Positions 37,476 to 47,689 of a stretch of 64,000 bases of DNA are shown here, one piece after another (position 1 is the stretch's first letter; each line of letters begins with the position of its first letter). The translations under genes were made by a program, and so were the position numbers. The stretch covers positions 11,467-75,466 of the forward strand of contig JAHFON010000002.1 of assembly GCA_023261695.1 (NCBI GenBank), in the 5' to 3' direction. This DNA comes from Candidatus Moraniibacteriota bacterium (GTDB lineage Bacteria; Patescibacteriota; Minisyncoccia; Moranbacterales; UBA1568). The notes under the pieces are model-generated. The model worked only from the letters and a program-made list of their open reading frames with translations. It was not told the DNA's origin and did not search any database.

Positions 37476-38060
37476 ATGCAAAATCAATATCTCATTCCGA
37501 TGGTGGTGGAGAAGACGAGTTTCGGCGAACGGGCTTATGATATTTACTCGCGCTTGCTCAAAGACCGCATTATTTTTATCGGCGCGCCGATTGATGACGG
37601 GGTGGCGAATACGGTGATCGCGCAGTTGCTTTTTTTGGAATCGCAAAATTCCAAAGAGGACATCAAGATGTACATCAATTCTCCCGGAGGGGTTGTGACG
37701 GCGGCGTTGGCGATTTATGACACGATGCAGTATGTGAAGCCGGAAGTGCAGACAATCTGTATCGGTATGGCGGCTTCGGCGGCGGCTTTACTTTTGGCCT
37801 CCGGTCAAAAGGGCAAGCGGATGATCTTGCCGAACGGCGAGGTGCTGATCCATCAGGTGCTGGGCGGCGCGCAAGGACAAGCCACGGACGTGGATATTCA
37901 CGCCCGCCATATTCTGAAGACGCGCGACCGTTTGAATCAGATATTAGTCAAGCACACCGGCCAAAAATTATCCAAAATTGAAAAAGATACCGAACGCGAC
38001 TATTTTATGTCAGCCGCGGAAGCCAAACAATACGGCATCGTTGATAAAGTGATACAGTAA
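37476..38060 (+). CDS. clpP: ATP-dependent Clp protease proteolytic subunit
   Basis: Ser-His-Asp triad context ([16 protein letters not shown]). 194 aa. Confidence 0.9.
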   Translation: MQNQYLIPMVVEKTSFGERAYDIYSRLLKDRIIFIGAPIDDGVANTVIAQLLFLESQNSKEDIKMYINSPGGVVTAALAIYDTMQYVKPEVQTICIGMAASAAALLLASGQKGKRMILPNGEVLIHQVLGGAQGQATDVDIHARHILKTRDRLNQILVKHTGQKLSKIEKDTERDYFMSAAEAKQYGIVDKVIQ

Positions 38061-38061
38061 T

Positions 38062-39633
38062 TTATTTCAAAACGGCGAGAAGGCTGGTGCCGTTCATTTC
38101 AGCCGGTTTTTGTTTTTGAAGCCCCATAACCTCCAGCACGGTGACGGCGATGTCTGAAAGCAAACCGTTCACTTCGTTTTGTTCGCGCACCATTTGTTCT
38201 GCGTTTTTTTCATGGTGATTGTCGGGAGTGATATACCAGAGCGGGACCGGATTGGTAGAATGTTCCGTGTCTATTTCGCCGCTCGTTACTTTTTTCACCT
38301 CTTCCACGTTGCCGTGATCGGCCGTAACGATCAGCGCCCCGCCTATTTTGAGTACGGCCGGCACTAAAATGGAGAGGCTTTTGTCCGTGGCTTCCACGGC
38401 CTTGATGGAAGCTTCTTCGTTGCCGGTGTGTCCCACCATATCGGGGGCGGCGTAGTTGACCAGTATAAAATCATACTCGTTTTTTTTGAGAAGATTGATC
38501 AGTGTTTCGGTAATCTGCGGCGAGCTCATCTCCGGCACTTCATCAAAATGTGAAACACTGGGGGAAGGCACCAGAATGCGATCTTCCCCGGAGAAGGCTT
38601 TTTCTTTGCCGCCGTTGAAAAAATAGGTGACGTGGGCGTATTTTTCCGTTTCGGAAATACGCAGTTGTTTTTTACCAGCCAGACTCAAAGTTTCGCCCAA
38701 GCTATGTTGGATGTCTTCCGGCGGAAACGCCACTAACACCGGCAAATCGCGTTCATATTCCGTCAGCGTGACGAATTGGATATTGAGCAGTTTGCGTTTG
38801 AAACCGTCAAAATCAGGACTGACAAACGCGCAAGTGAGTTCGCGGGCGCGATCCTCGCGGAAGTTAAAAAAAATGACGCTGTCTTTATCCTCTATAAGCG
38901 TTGGAGGTTTGTTCCCTTCGGTAATGAGGGTGGGCTCAATGTATTCATCCGTGATATTTTTTAGGTAAGACTGTTCAAGGGCTATCAGGGGATCGGTGGC
39001 GCTATCGCCCTGACCTTCCGTCAGCATCCGGTAAGTTTTCTCAATCCGATCCCAATTATTATTGCGGTCCATAGAAAAATTGCGACCGGAGATGCTGGCT
39101 ATTTTTCCGATGCCGATCAAACGCATTTCTCTCGCCAATTCTTTAATTTGTTGGATGCCGGCGGTGGGCGCTGAATCGCGTCCGTCCATAAACGCGTGCA
39201 GATAAACTTCGTCCACTCCCTCATTCTTGGCGAGACGCAAAAGCGCAATGACATGATCTTTGTGCGAGTGCACTGAACCGGAACTGATGAGCCCCATAAA
39301 ATGCAGTTTGCTTTTATTCGTCTTGGCGGCGTTTATCACTTTCAGTAAATTTTCATTTTTGAAAAAACTGCCGTCTTGGATAGCGAGTGAGATGCGCGGC
39401 ATATTTTGATAAATAATGCGTCCGGCGCCCATGGTCATATGGCCGACTTCGCTGTTACCGGCGGTGTTCCAGGGCAAGCCGACGGAAATGCCCGAAGCCT
39501 GAATGGTCGTCATCGGATAAAAACGATTCAGTTTTTCAAAGGTCGGTAAAACAGCTTCTTTAATAGGATTTCCCTGCACGCTGTTGCTGACACCCCAGCC
39601 GTCTAAGACGACCAATACGACAGGCTTGTACAT
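38062..39633 (-). CDS. gpmI: 2,3-bisphosphoglycerate-independent phosphoglycerate mutase
   Basis: N-terminal VLVVLDGWG and the iPGM domain order. 523 aa. Confidence 0.9.
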   Translation of the reverse strand: MYKPVVLVVLDGWGVSNSVQGNPIKEAVLPTFEKLNRFYPMTTIQASGISVGLPWNTAGNSEVGHMTMGAGRIIYQNMPRISLAIQDGSFFKNENLLKVINAAKTNKSKLHFMGLISSGSVHSHKDHVIALLRLAKNEGVDEVYLHAFMDGRDSAPTAGIQQIKELAREMRLIGIGKIASISGRNFSMDRNNNWDRIEKTYRMLTEGQGDSATDPLIALEQSYLKNITDEYIEPTLITEGNKPPTLIEDKDSVIFFNFREDRARELTCAFVSPDFDGFKRKLLNIQFVTLTEYERDLPVLVAFPPEDIQHSLGETLSLAGKKQLRISETEKYAHVTYFFNGGKEKAFSGEDRILVPSPSVSHFDEVPEMSSPQITETLINLLKKNEYDFILVNYAAPDMVGHTGNEEASIKAVEATDKSLSILVPAVLKIGGALIVTADHGNVEEVKKVTSGEIDTEHSTNPVPLWYITPDNHHEKNAEQMVREQNEVNGLLSDIAVTVLEVMGLQKQKPAEMNGTSLLAVLK

Positions 39634-39897
39634 TGTAAGTTTCTCTAAAATTTGATTAAAATATCTTCAGCATCCGCCACAACAATTCATTCGTGTTTTT
39701 ATAATAACATCATTTTCACCGCTAAACAAAATTGAGAGCTTGCTCTTTGGCGCGATACACGCTATGATGCGTTTATAACATTAATTGTTGAATTATTGCC
39801 TCAATTGAACCTATGTTGCAGAATCACTTGTTTTTTTTCGTGAAAGGCGAAGCTTTTGCGTCATTTCCAAGTTATCAATTGCGGGCAGTGCACTCGT

Positions 39898-41430
39898 ATG
39901 ATGCTGAATCTTGTTTACGTTTTTCTTTCGGCTGGATTTTTGGCCGGAGGAGCTATTTTGGGGTATCTGGTTAGACAAAGTGTTGCCAAAAGGCAACTTT
40001 CTACCGCCGAAGGTCAGGCGGCGAAAATGCTAGAAGAGGCCGGAATCAAGGCTAAAGAGATCACGCTGGACGCTAAAAATAAAGCCGTCGAGATTCTTGA
40101 GGAAGTGAAAAAAAATGAAAAAGCGCGCGATGAGAAACTCTTGTTTCAAGAACAGCGCGTTGAGAAACGCGAAGATCAAATCGAAAAGGAAGCGCAAGAA
40201 ATAGATTCTGAAAAACGGCGCTTGTTGCAAAAAGCTGAAGAAATAAAGGCTATCCGCGCGGAAGCGGAAAAATTGCGTCAAGAGGAGTTAGGTTATCTGG
40301 AAAAAATTTCCAAACTTTCCAGGGAAGAGGCGCAGGCAAAAATATTCACCTTGGTGGAAGAAGAGAGTAAGGAGGCTCTGGTGAAGAGAATGTCCAAACT
40401 GGAAAATGAGGGATATGAAGAGCTGGAGAAGAGCGCGCTCAATGTTATGGCGACGGTTATTCAGAAATACGCCCGTTCTCACGTTTCTGAATTTACGACG
40501 ACGACGGTCGCCATTCCTTCTGATGAAGTGAAGGGGAAAATTATCGGTAAAGAAGGCCGGAATATTCGGTCGCTGGAAAAGGAAACCGGCGTGGAATTTA
40601 TCATTGATGATACGCCGGAGACGGTGATTATTTCCGGATTTGATCCGGTGCGCCGTGAAATCGCCCGCATTGCTTTGGAAAAACTGATTGCCGACGGCCG
40701 TATTCATCCGGCGCGCATAGAAGAAATCGCGGAAGCCAGCAAGAAGGAAGTGGATTTGAAAATTAAAGAAGCCGGCGAGGCCGCCGCTTACGATGCCGGT
40801 ATTGCCGGACTGCATCCGAAATTGCTCTATATTCTCGGGCGTTTGCGTTTTCGCTATAGTTATAAACAAAACGTCCTTTTACATTCGCTGGAGGTAGCCT
40901 ATTTGGCCGGAGCTTTGGCATCCGAGCTGGGAGCGGATGTGGCTTGCGCCAAGAAGGCCGGCCTGCTTCATGATATCGGCAAGGCTGTGGATCACGAAAT
41001 TGAAGGGACGCACGTCAAGATTGGTATGCGCATCCTGGAGAAATTCGGCATCGGTCAAAATGTGATTGACGCTATGAAGGCTCATCACGACGAATATCCA
41101 AACCAAACTATAGAGTCGTTTATCGTCACGGCGGCTGATGCTATTTCGGCGGCGCGTCCCGGTGCGCGCAAAGAGACGGCGGAGAAATACATCAAACGTC
41201 TGGAAGAATTGGAAGCGCTGGTTAATTCATATCCGGAAGTGGAGAAGTCTTACGCGATTCAGGCGGGGCGCGAAGTGCGTATTTTCGTCAATCCGGAAAA
41301 AACCGATGACTTGGGCGCTATGAAATTGGCGCGCGACATCGCCAAGCGAATTGAAGAGGAGTTAAAATATCCCGGTGAAATCAAAGTCAACGTGTTTCGC
41401 GAAACGAGGGCGATTGAGTATGCCAGATAA
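39898..41430 (+). CDS. rny: ribonuclease Y
   Basis: N-terminal TM, coiled-coil, KH domain (GKIIGKEGRNIRSLE), HD domain (LLHDIGK). The track ORF begins at 39856, and the Met at 39898 is the likely start. Confidence 0.85.
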   Translation: MMLNLVYVFLSAGFLAGGAILGYLVRQSVAKRQLSTAEGQAAKMLEEAGIKAKEITLDAKNKAVEILEEVKKNEKARDEKLLFQEQRVEKREDQIEKEAQEIDSEKRRLLQKAEEIKAIRAEAEKLRQEELGYLEKISKLSREEAQAKIFTLVEEESKEALVKRMSKLENEGYEELEKSALNVMATVIQKYARSHVSEFTTTTVAIPSDEVKGKIIGKEGRNIRSLEKETGVEFIIDDTPETVIISGFDPVRREIARIALEKLIADGRIHPARIEEIAEASKKEVDLKIKEAGEAAAYDAGIAGLHPKLLYILGRLRFRYSYKQNVLLHSLEVAYLAGALASELGADVACAKKAGLLHDIGKAVDHEIEGTHVKIGMRILEKFGIGQNVIDAMKAHHDEYPNQTIESFIVTAADAISAARPGARKETAEKYIKRLEELEALVNSYPEVEKSYAIQAGREVRIFVNPEKTDDLGAMKLARDIAKRIEEELKYPGEIKVNVFRETRAIEYAR

Positions 41431-41565
41431 TGAAAGTTGCGTGCTTTGGAAAAAAGGCTTAAAATAAAGAGCAGGAAGTCGTAACTAGCACTTTTTCCCA
41501 TATAATGCTTTTTGAAGTAATATAGAGTGGAATCAAGTTCTAAACTAGAAAGGCAGGTGAAAAGT

Positions 41566-41847
41566 ATGAATAATGTCAATAAGGACACGCTGGTTCACAT
41601 GATTATGGAGAAGACCGAGCTTTCCAAGAAAGACGTGGAAGCTGTTTTGGAGTGCTTCGTGGATCAAGTAACCTCGGAACTTAAGAAAGGTAACAAGGTG
41701 ACCCTTACCGGTTTTGGCACGTTTAAGGTTTCCAACCGCGCCGCTCGTGAAGGTATCAACCCGCAGACCAAAGCCAAGATCACGATTCCGGCTATGACCG
41801 TGCCGAAGTTTACAGCCGGCAAGACTTTGAAAGAGGCTGTAAAATAA
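41566..41847 (+). CDS. hup: HU family DNA-binding protein
   Basis: MNNVNKDTLVHMIMEKTELSKKDVEAVLE...GFGTFKVSNRAAREGINPQTKAKITIPAMTVPKF is a classic HU/IHF fold sequence. RBS aggcaggtgaaaagtATG. Confidence 0.8.
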   Translation: MNNVNKDTLVHMIMEKTELSKKDVEAVLECFVDQVTSELKKGNKVTLTGFGTFKVSNRAAREGINPQTKAKITIPAMTVPKFTAGKTLKEAVK

Positions 41848-42007
41848 TTTAAATTCCGTCCAGAGGCGTTTGTTTCGAGGCGGAAAAAAGAAAAAGATAG
41901 AATGACAATCCCGCTTTGGCGGGATTGTCGCTTTGTATCAACAGCAGTGTTTAATGTAAAGTATTTTGGGATTTATTGTATACTATAATATAAAGAGAGG
42001 ATCGTAT

Positions 42008-42078
42008 CGGGGTGTCGTATACCGGCAGTACGCATGCTTTGGGAGCATGTTGACTGGGTTCGATTCCCAGCACCCCGA
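42008..42078 (+). tRNA. tRNA-Pro (anticodon TGG)
   Basis: Hand-folded. Acceptor CGGGGTG/CACCCCG, anticodon stem CATGC/GCATG with loop TTTGGGA, T-arm CTGGGTTCGATTCCCAG. Confidence 0.7.
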
Positions 42079-42199
42079 CTAACAAAGACATTTTGAAAAA
42101 TTTATACCAATCCAAGCAACAGAAACATACTTAGTTTTTAAGTTGATATATGCTTTACGACGAATTCAATTTATATAAAAACTTTGCTAAAACAGCAAT

Positions 42200-43051
42200 A
42201 TGAAAAAAAATAAACCAAAAAATTTAGCGATTTTTGAAGGCAAAAGAGTGCGGCGGATTTGGGATGAGAAAAAGGAAATGTGGTATTTCTCTGTAGTGGA
42301 TATTGTGCAAGTTTTAACCGATCAGCCGAATTATCAATTAGCGAGAAATTATTGGAAAGTGCTAAAAAATCGCTTAAATAAAGAAGGGAGTGAAACGGTT
42401 ACAAAATGTAACCGGTTGAAAATGGAAGCAGAGGACGGAAAATTAAGAGAAACAGATACGGCTGATGTTGAAACATTATTACGCCTAATTCAATCTGTTC
42501 CCAGCCCAAAAGCCGAGCCGATTAAGTTATGGCTTGCCAAAGTCGGTTATGAAAGGATACAGGAAATAAATGATCCGGAAAAAGCACTCAATCGTAGCCG
42601 CGAATACTGGCAAAAAATGGGGCGAAGCGAGAAGTGGATTCAGCAAAGGATGATGGGGCAGGAGATACGGAATAAATTGACGGATTATTGGAAAAATAAT
42701 GAAGTTAAAGAGCAAAGTAAATACGCGATTTTGACGAATATAATCCATCAGGAATGGAGCGATATTTCAGTGAAAGAACATAAAAATTTGAAAAGCTTGA
42801 AAACGGAAAATCTGCGCGATCATATGACGGACGCGGAGCTGGTTTTTACGGCATTGGCGGAATTGTCCACGCGCCAAATCGCCGAAACAATGAAGGCAAA
42901 AGGTTTTGAAGAAAACAAGATTCCTGCCAAAAAAGGCGGAGCGGTTGCCAAGAATGCCAGACTGGAATTGGAGCAAAAGACCGGCAAAAAAATCGTGAGC
43001 GGCGGTAATTTCAAATCATTGCGAGAGCATAAGAAATTAAAAGGCAAATAG
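42200..43051 (+). CDS. DinD-like / Bro-N domain protein (DNA-damage-inducible protein D family)
   Basis: The N-terminal Bro-N-like region (KRVRRIWDEKKEMWYFSVVDIVQVL) and the C-terminal KNLKSL...TELVFTALAELSTRQIAE...KGG pattern resemble E. coli DinD. Confidence 0.5.
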   Translation: MKKNKPKNLAIFEGKRVRRIWDEKKEMWYFSVVDIVQVLTDQPNYQLARNYWKVLKNRLNKEGSETVTKCNRLKMEAEDGKLRETDTADVETLLRLIQSVPSPKAEPIKLWLAKVGYERIQEINDPEKALNRSREYWQKMGRSEKWIQQRMMGQEIRNKLTDYWKNNEVKEQSKYAILTNIIHQEWSDISVKEHKNLKSLKTENLRDHMTDAELVFTALAELSTRQIAETMKAKGFEENKIPAKKGGAVAKNARLELEQKTGKKIVSGGNFKSLREHKKLKGK

Positions 43052-43073
43052 CTCTTTATGCTTTACGAAGATT

Positions 43074-43856
43074 TTGATGCGAAAACTCGAAAGGTGTTCG
43101 GGCGGGTTGTTGGTTGCCGTTTGCCTTGCTATAATGGGCTATATGAATACATATTCCGTCCGTTTGAAAAATAAATATGAGATAGCCGAGCGGACGCTCG
43201 CTTTTGTTTTTGAAAAACCTAAGGGGTTTCAATTTCAAGCCGGGCAATACACGGCTATGACTTTGCCTAAACTGGATTTCGCGGACGCGAAAGGGGCAAC
43301 GCGCGTTCTTTCCATCGCTTCCGCTCCGAGCGACGATGAACTGGTGTTTGGCGCGCGCATTACCGAAAGCGCGTTTAAAAAAACCTTGGCGCAAATGCCC
43401 GTGGGCGGAGAAGTGACGATTCACGAGGCGACGGGGCATTTTGTTTTACCGGAAGATCAAACGCGTGAGATTGTTTTTTTAGCTGGCGGTATCGGCATTA
43501 CTCCGGTGCGGAGTATTTTGCGGCAAGCCTTCGCAGAGAAACGAAACAATCCATTCGTTTTATTTTATTCCAATCGTCGTCCGGGAGACGCGTCATTTTG
43601 CCAAGAGATGCAAAATTTTTCCGGATTGAATTACCGGTGTATTGATACATTGACGCAGAATGAGGGTGTGTGCGACTGGCAGGAGGAATCCGGGTATATC
43701 TGCGCCGCTATGCTGAAAAAATATTTGAAGGAAATTCCGCACGCGCTTTATTATATTGTCGGCGCGACCGGTTTTATTCAAGCGATGGGAAAAATACTTG
43801 AAGAGCTTGGCGTGCCGGATACAAATATCAAGAAAGATCCGTTTACCGGATTATAG
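43074..43856 (+). CDS. FAD/NAD(P)-binding oxidoreductase (ferredoxin-NADP reductase-like fold)
   Basis: FAD_binding_6-like region (FQAGQYTAMTL...RVLSIASAP) and NAD-binding region (LAGGIGITPV). The start may be the internal Met around 43134. Confidence 0.55.
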   Translation: MMRKLERCSGGLLVAVCLAIMGYMNTYSVRLKNKYEIAERTLAFVFEKPKGFQFQAGQYTAMTLPKLDFADAKGATRVLSIASAPSDDELVFGARITESAFKKTLAQMPVGGEVTIHEATGHFVLPEDQTREIVFLAGGIGITPVRSILRQAFAEKRNNPFVLFYSNRRPGDASFCQEMQNFSGLNYRCIDTLTQNEGVCDWQEESGYICAAMLKKYLKEIPHALYYIVGATGFIQAMGKILEELGVPDTNIKKDPFTGL

Positions 43857-43859
43857 ATT

Positions 43860-43933
43860 GCGGGAGTAGCACAATGGTAGTGCACCTGCCTTCCAAGCAG
43901 GGTACGCGGGTTCGATTCCCGTCTCTCGCTCCA
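43860..43933 (+). tRNA. tRNA-Gly (anticodon TCC) with encoded CCA
   Basis: Hand-folded. Acceptor GCGGGAG/CTCTCGC (one G-T pair), anticodon stem CCTGC/GCAGG with loop CTTCCAA, T-arm CGGGTTCGATTCCCG, 3' TCCA. Confidence 0.8.
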
Positions 43934-43936
43934 TAA

Positions 43937-43973
43937 AAACACAGGAGTCCCGCTAAGGACTCCTGTGTTTTAT
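43937..43973 (+). terminator. rho-independent terminator after tRNA-Gly (aacacaggagtcc...ggactcctgtgtt + TTATT)
   Basis: A 13-bp perfect stem. Confidence 0.6.
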
Positions 43974-44245
43974 TGAGCTCAATTCTAAATTTTGCACGAA
44001 CCTACTACGAACGGGAAACTGACCTCGAAAGCGGAAGTTGTTTCGCTGCCGCTCGTCACCCAAAAGAAAAGTTTTGTTCGCTTTTTCTGATGGGCGCGCG
44101 CCCGAGTTTTCTTTCAAAAAGGAAAAGTCAGTTTTTCTGGACTGTTCTGCTCTTTGGAGCAGAGTGGCGTGGCCGTCTGCTTATTCCAGTATACCAGAAT
44201 ATCTAAAGTTTAGATATTTACTTTCCGTATATATGCTGATAGTAT

Positions 44246-44467
44246 ATGGACAAGACAATACAGACAAAAGAATACGCACGATTTATCGAGAAATTGCACA
44301 AAGCAAGGCTTGAGGCTAGTTTGAAACAGATCGAGGTTGCCAAGAAGCTCAAGCGTCCGCAATCCTATATTTCTCGCGTGGAATCCGGGGAGTATCGTCT
44401 TGATATTCTTGAGGTGAAGCGATTTGCAAAGATTTATGGAAAGAGCGTTGATTATTTTGTGAAGTAG
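44246..44467 (+). CDS. XRE-family helix-turn-helix transcriptional regulator
   Basis: HTH_3 pattern LKQIEVAKKLKRPQSYISRVESGE. 73 aa. Confidence 0.75.
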   Translation: MDKTIQTKEYARFIEKLHKARLEASLKQIEVAKKLKRPQSYISRVESGEYRLDILEVKRFAKIYGKSVDYFVK

Positions 44468-44468
44468 C

Positions 44469-45110
44469 ATGATTACAAAAGTCATCACAGATAAGGATGG
44501 TGAAAGATACATAGGTATCTGTAATCACTGCGGTAATAATACTTCTCAAAAAGTATTGTTTACACATATTGGGTCTGAAATCGCATATATACCAAATGGG
44601 GATGAAGTCAGTTTTGAAGTTGAATATCGACTCACAGAATGTGGGACTTGCGAAAATATATCGCTTTATGGAAAACCGGAATTTGATGATCATCTCTTCG
44701 GTCACGTGCTCTATCCACGACAAAGTAATTTATCAAGTTCTATCCCTGCAGAGATACGCAAAGTCTATGATGAAGCAAAATTAATATCAAAATTAGCCCC
44801 GAATGCCTTTGCAGTCCAGATTCGCCGCGCGCTGGAATTTCTTTGTAAGGATAAAAAAATAAGTGGGAAGAATTTAAGTGGACAACTAAAGGAGATGGCT
44901 AAACAGGGATTGATTCCACCTATCTTGGCAACGATGACTGATGGCATTCGTATCTTAGGTAATATTGGAGCACATGCCTCTAACATGGGGGTTAAATCAG
45001 AGGATATCTCTCTTATAGATGATTTTTTCAAAGCGATTTTAGAGTATGTTTATGTAGCCCCAAACAAGATAGAGGTTTTTAAGAAGCGTTTGGGCGAAAT
45101 AAAGAAGTAG
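44469..45110 (+). CDS. DUF4145-domain protein with N-terminal Cys4 zinc-ribbon-like region
   Basis: C-terminal IRRALEFLCKD...ILGNIGAHAS resembles DUF4145. N-terminal C..C(x~35)C..C. The start is 2 nt after the XRE stop codon. Confidence 0.5.
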   Translation: MITKVITDKDGERYIGICNHCGNNTSQKVLFTHIGSEIAYIPNGDEVSFEVEYRLTECGTCENISLYGKPEFDDHLFGHVLYPRQSNLSSSIPAEIRKVYDEAKLISKLAPNAFAVQIRRALEFLCKDKKISGKNLSGQLKEMAKQGLIPPILATMTDGIRILGNIGAHASNMGVKSEDISLIDDFFKAILEYVYVAPNKIEVFKKRLGEIKK

Positions 45111-45151
45111 TAGCAATTTTTTTATATCTCGTTTATTTTCCGAAAATAGCT

Positions 45152-45352
45152 ATGAGCGAACCATATACTTTCAAAAGTTTTCTCGGTCGGAATTGGTGGT
45201 TTCTTGTTATTGGGCTTTTTAGTGCCCTACGACAATCACAAAGAGAAAGTGTTTCAGGATCTATTGTGTTAGATGCGCTTTTTGGTGAGGGAATTATTTT
45301 GGTGATGATGTTTGCTTATTGGTTTGTTAGGTATGGCAGAAAATTAGAATAA
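45152..45352 (+). CDS. hypothetical small two-TM protein
   Basis: ORF with two hydrophobic helices. Confidence 0.3.
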   Translation: MSEPYTFKSFLGRNWWFLVIGLFSALRQSQRESVSGSIVLDALFGEGIILVMMFAYWFVRYGRKLE

Positions 45353-45356
45353 TTAT

Positions 45357-46019
45357 ATGGGGCTATTCAACTTTAACAGCTACAATCAGATTGAACAGGG
45401 ATTGTTAGACATATATTCTTTAATGTTGACAGCAAGTGGTATTGATAAAGAAGAGGCGAAAAAAATGATTGAGGATATGCTTAACACAGCTATCGAGCAA
45501 TCCAAAAAAGGGGGAAACTATTTTCTTCCTCAAAATTTAGGGAGCATTATTGTGGGGGAAGCCGAAACGGACGATCAGGGTATACAGAAATATACGCAAG
45601 CTCTTAGAGAAAGGATGCCCCAGAATGAGGGAATAAGCTTAGATGATATACGGATGTGGTGGAATTTGAATGATGTGGAGCGTCGTATGATACAAATGCA
45701 GGACATGGCTACGAAATCAACAGCGATGTTCGGATTTTTGAAATCAGGAATGGCTTCTAGCCCAGAGCAAGCAATTGCTATGGTTTGTAAAATTCATCCA
45801 GTCTACGGAAACCCGAATGACAATAGTCAGAGCAGTGGGGATGATCGGCCACTACCTTACGAGCTGAAAGATAGAATAAATATTTACATTCAAAAAAGGT
45901 CGGTCAAGGTTCGGAAGAGTACAAAAAAGAAATGGAGCAGTCATCCTCTTTCAATGCCTTGGTTCGAAAAGAAATTAGAAATGATAATTTATGATTGGTG
46001 GAAAAATAAACATTATTGA
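45357..46019 (+). CDS. hypothetical protein
   Basis: ORF track. 5-nt gap from the previous ORF. Confidence 0.4.
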   Translation: MGLFNFNSYNQIEQGLLDIYSLMLTASGIDKEEAKKMIEDMLNTAIEQSKKGGNYFLPQNLGSIIVGEAETDDQGIQKYTQALRERMPQNEGISLDDIRMWWNLNDVERRMIQMQDMATKSTAMFGFLKSGMASSPEQAIAMVCKIHPVYGNPNDNSQSSGDDRPLPYELKDRINIYIQKRSVKVRKSTKKKWSSHPLSMPWFEKKLEMIIYDWWKNKHY

Positions 46020-46135
46020 AGTACCTATTTGGATTATCGGCTGTGTTATTGCTTACAAAACAGACCTTTTTAAATTGGATGGGGCTTTTGGTATAGGAAA
46101 TAAAAAGGTATAACAACTCAAAATTTCAAAAATAT

Positions 46136-46858
46136 ATGAAAAAATGTCCATTTTGTGCAGAAGAAATTCAAGATAATGCTAAAAAATGCAGGTATTGTGG
46201 AGAATGGATTACAGCTCAATTGGGTAATAGTGATGATAAAGAAAAAACCAGTGACAGAGAAGTTAGGAAGTTAAATAAAGAATTCGTTTTTTGGAAAACT
46301 TTTGTGTGGTCAACGCTGGTTGTAGCGGTTATTTTTGTGATTCTGTTTGGATTTATTGGTGAACTTAAGAATGATACTACAGATGCATTACTTGGAATTT
46401 TAATTATTTCTGGGCTTATAGGGGTGTTAATTACTTTTATCATCAAGGGTCTTAGGGGTGGGAAAAAAGAGGATGGTCTCGAATTAACTACTGAAGAAAT
46501 TTCTAAATATAACGGACTTGCAGGCTGGCTTTTTTTGGTTGCACTTGGATTAGTTATAAGTTTTTTTAGAATTTCTTCAAATGTTTCTATGCTGAATGGT
46601 AGTATCGATAAGGTATTTAATGGGATTTTCGCAATATTTATTGCTTATGTTTTGTATCTATTCTTTGCTAAGAAAAAGAAGTTTAAGCCATTTTTTATTG
46701 CGTTTATTGTTATTAATTTATTATTTGCGACACTAGCTGTTATTACAGATAATAGTGGTGAAATAATGAAGGATTTTTTTGCATCAATAGTTTCTTTGAT
46801 GATCTGGATTCCATATATAATTAAATCAAAGCGAGTCAGGGCAACTTTTATAGAATAA
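46136..46858 (+). CDS. membrane protein with N-terminal zinc-ribbon (CPFC...CRYC) and four TM helices
   Basis: MKKCPFCAEEIQDNAKKCRYCGEW followed by hydrophobic helices. Confidence 0.5.
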   Translation: MKKCPFCAEEIQDNAKKCRYCGEWITAQLGNSDDKEKTSDREVRKLNKEFVFWKTFVWSTLVVAVIFVILFGFIGELKNDTTDALLGILIISGLIGVLITFIIKGLRGGKKEDGLELTTEEISKYNGLAGWLFLVALGLVISFFRISSNVSMLNGSIDKVFNGIFAIFIAYVLYLFFAKKKKFKPFFIAFIVINLLFATLAVITDNSGEIMKDFFASIVSLMIWIPYIIKSKRVRATFIE

Positions 46859-46888
46859 CTCGTTAGATTTTGAGGTAAAGTATTTATT

Positions 46889-47689
46889 ATGACAAATATA
46901 GCGCTAACGGCAGTAAAAAGGGTATTTAGAAATGCAGATGATGTGCAGAGCTTCTTCGATAATATGCTTAAAGCTACATTGACATATAAATTCAAAGAAC
47001 TAACCAAGGATAATCCCAAAGTATTGATAAATAGTAAAGATTTGACGGAGGCTATTTTTACGCTAACAGCCAAGGATAAAATTGAAATTTATAATCAGAC
47101 AATCAGCGGGTTAAGAATAAAGGAGCTTTTTATTGCAACAATTTATTTGAAGTATCTTGTATCCACTTTGAAAAAAGAGATTATTTTGGTAGCCTTTCCT
47201 TTTCAAGAAGAATACTACGATATTGCTTTCTTTGTTATAGAAGAAGCGACTTATGCTGTTTTGGGTAGTAAATTTCATATACCCGAAAATTCAACGGCTT
47301 ACTATATTCAAATCAAGGAGGATTTTGACTATGAAGAATACAAAAAATTCAATGAGTCAAATGAGCCTAAAAAATTTGATTCCCAAAAAATTAAAGATAC
47401 CGCTTCAAAATATACTGACGTCCTCGCTCTCTTTTTCAGCAGAAACTATGCCTTATTTGAATCAGGAAACATAACATCTTTTTTAGATAAGAACAGAAAT
47501 GTAGGAATTATTTTAATGCCGTCTTTGGCTAACCCAGAAATTGAATTAACAGGAGGAAAAGATAAGGGCAAAAAAATCCCACTGGATAAGGACAAATATA
47601 ACTTTCTATTGGAAACAGGGGGTAAAACTGTTCATATAAAATTCAGCGTTCCAAAATTTATGGAAAAAACTGATCCTCCTCAAAATTGA
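46889..47689 (+). CDS. hypothetical protein
   Basis: ORF track. Confidence 0.4.
   Translation: MTNIALTAVKRVFRNADDVQSFFDNMLKATLTYKFKELTKDNPKVLINSKDLTEAIFTLTAKDKIEIYNQTISGLRIKELFIATIYLKYLVSTLKKEIILVAFPFQEEYYDIAFFVIEEATYAVLGSKFHIPENSTAYYIQIKEDFDYEEYKKFNESNEPKKFDSQKIKDTASKYTDVLALFFSRNYALFESGNITSFLDKNRNVGIILMPSLANPEIELTGGKDKGKKIPLDKDKYNFLLETGGKTVHIKFSVPKFMEKTDPPQN

Noticed and set aside
40288-40869. 193-aa minus ORF inside rny
   Set aside because: Antisense. Arg/Phe-rich.
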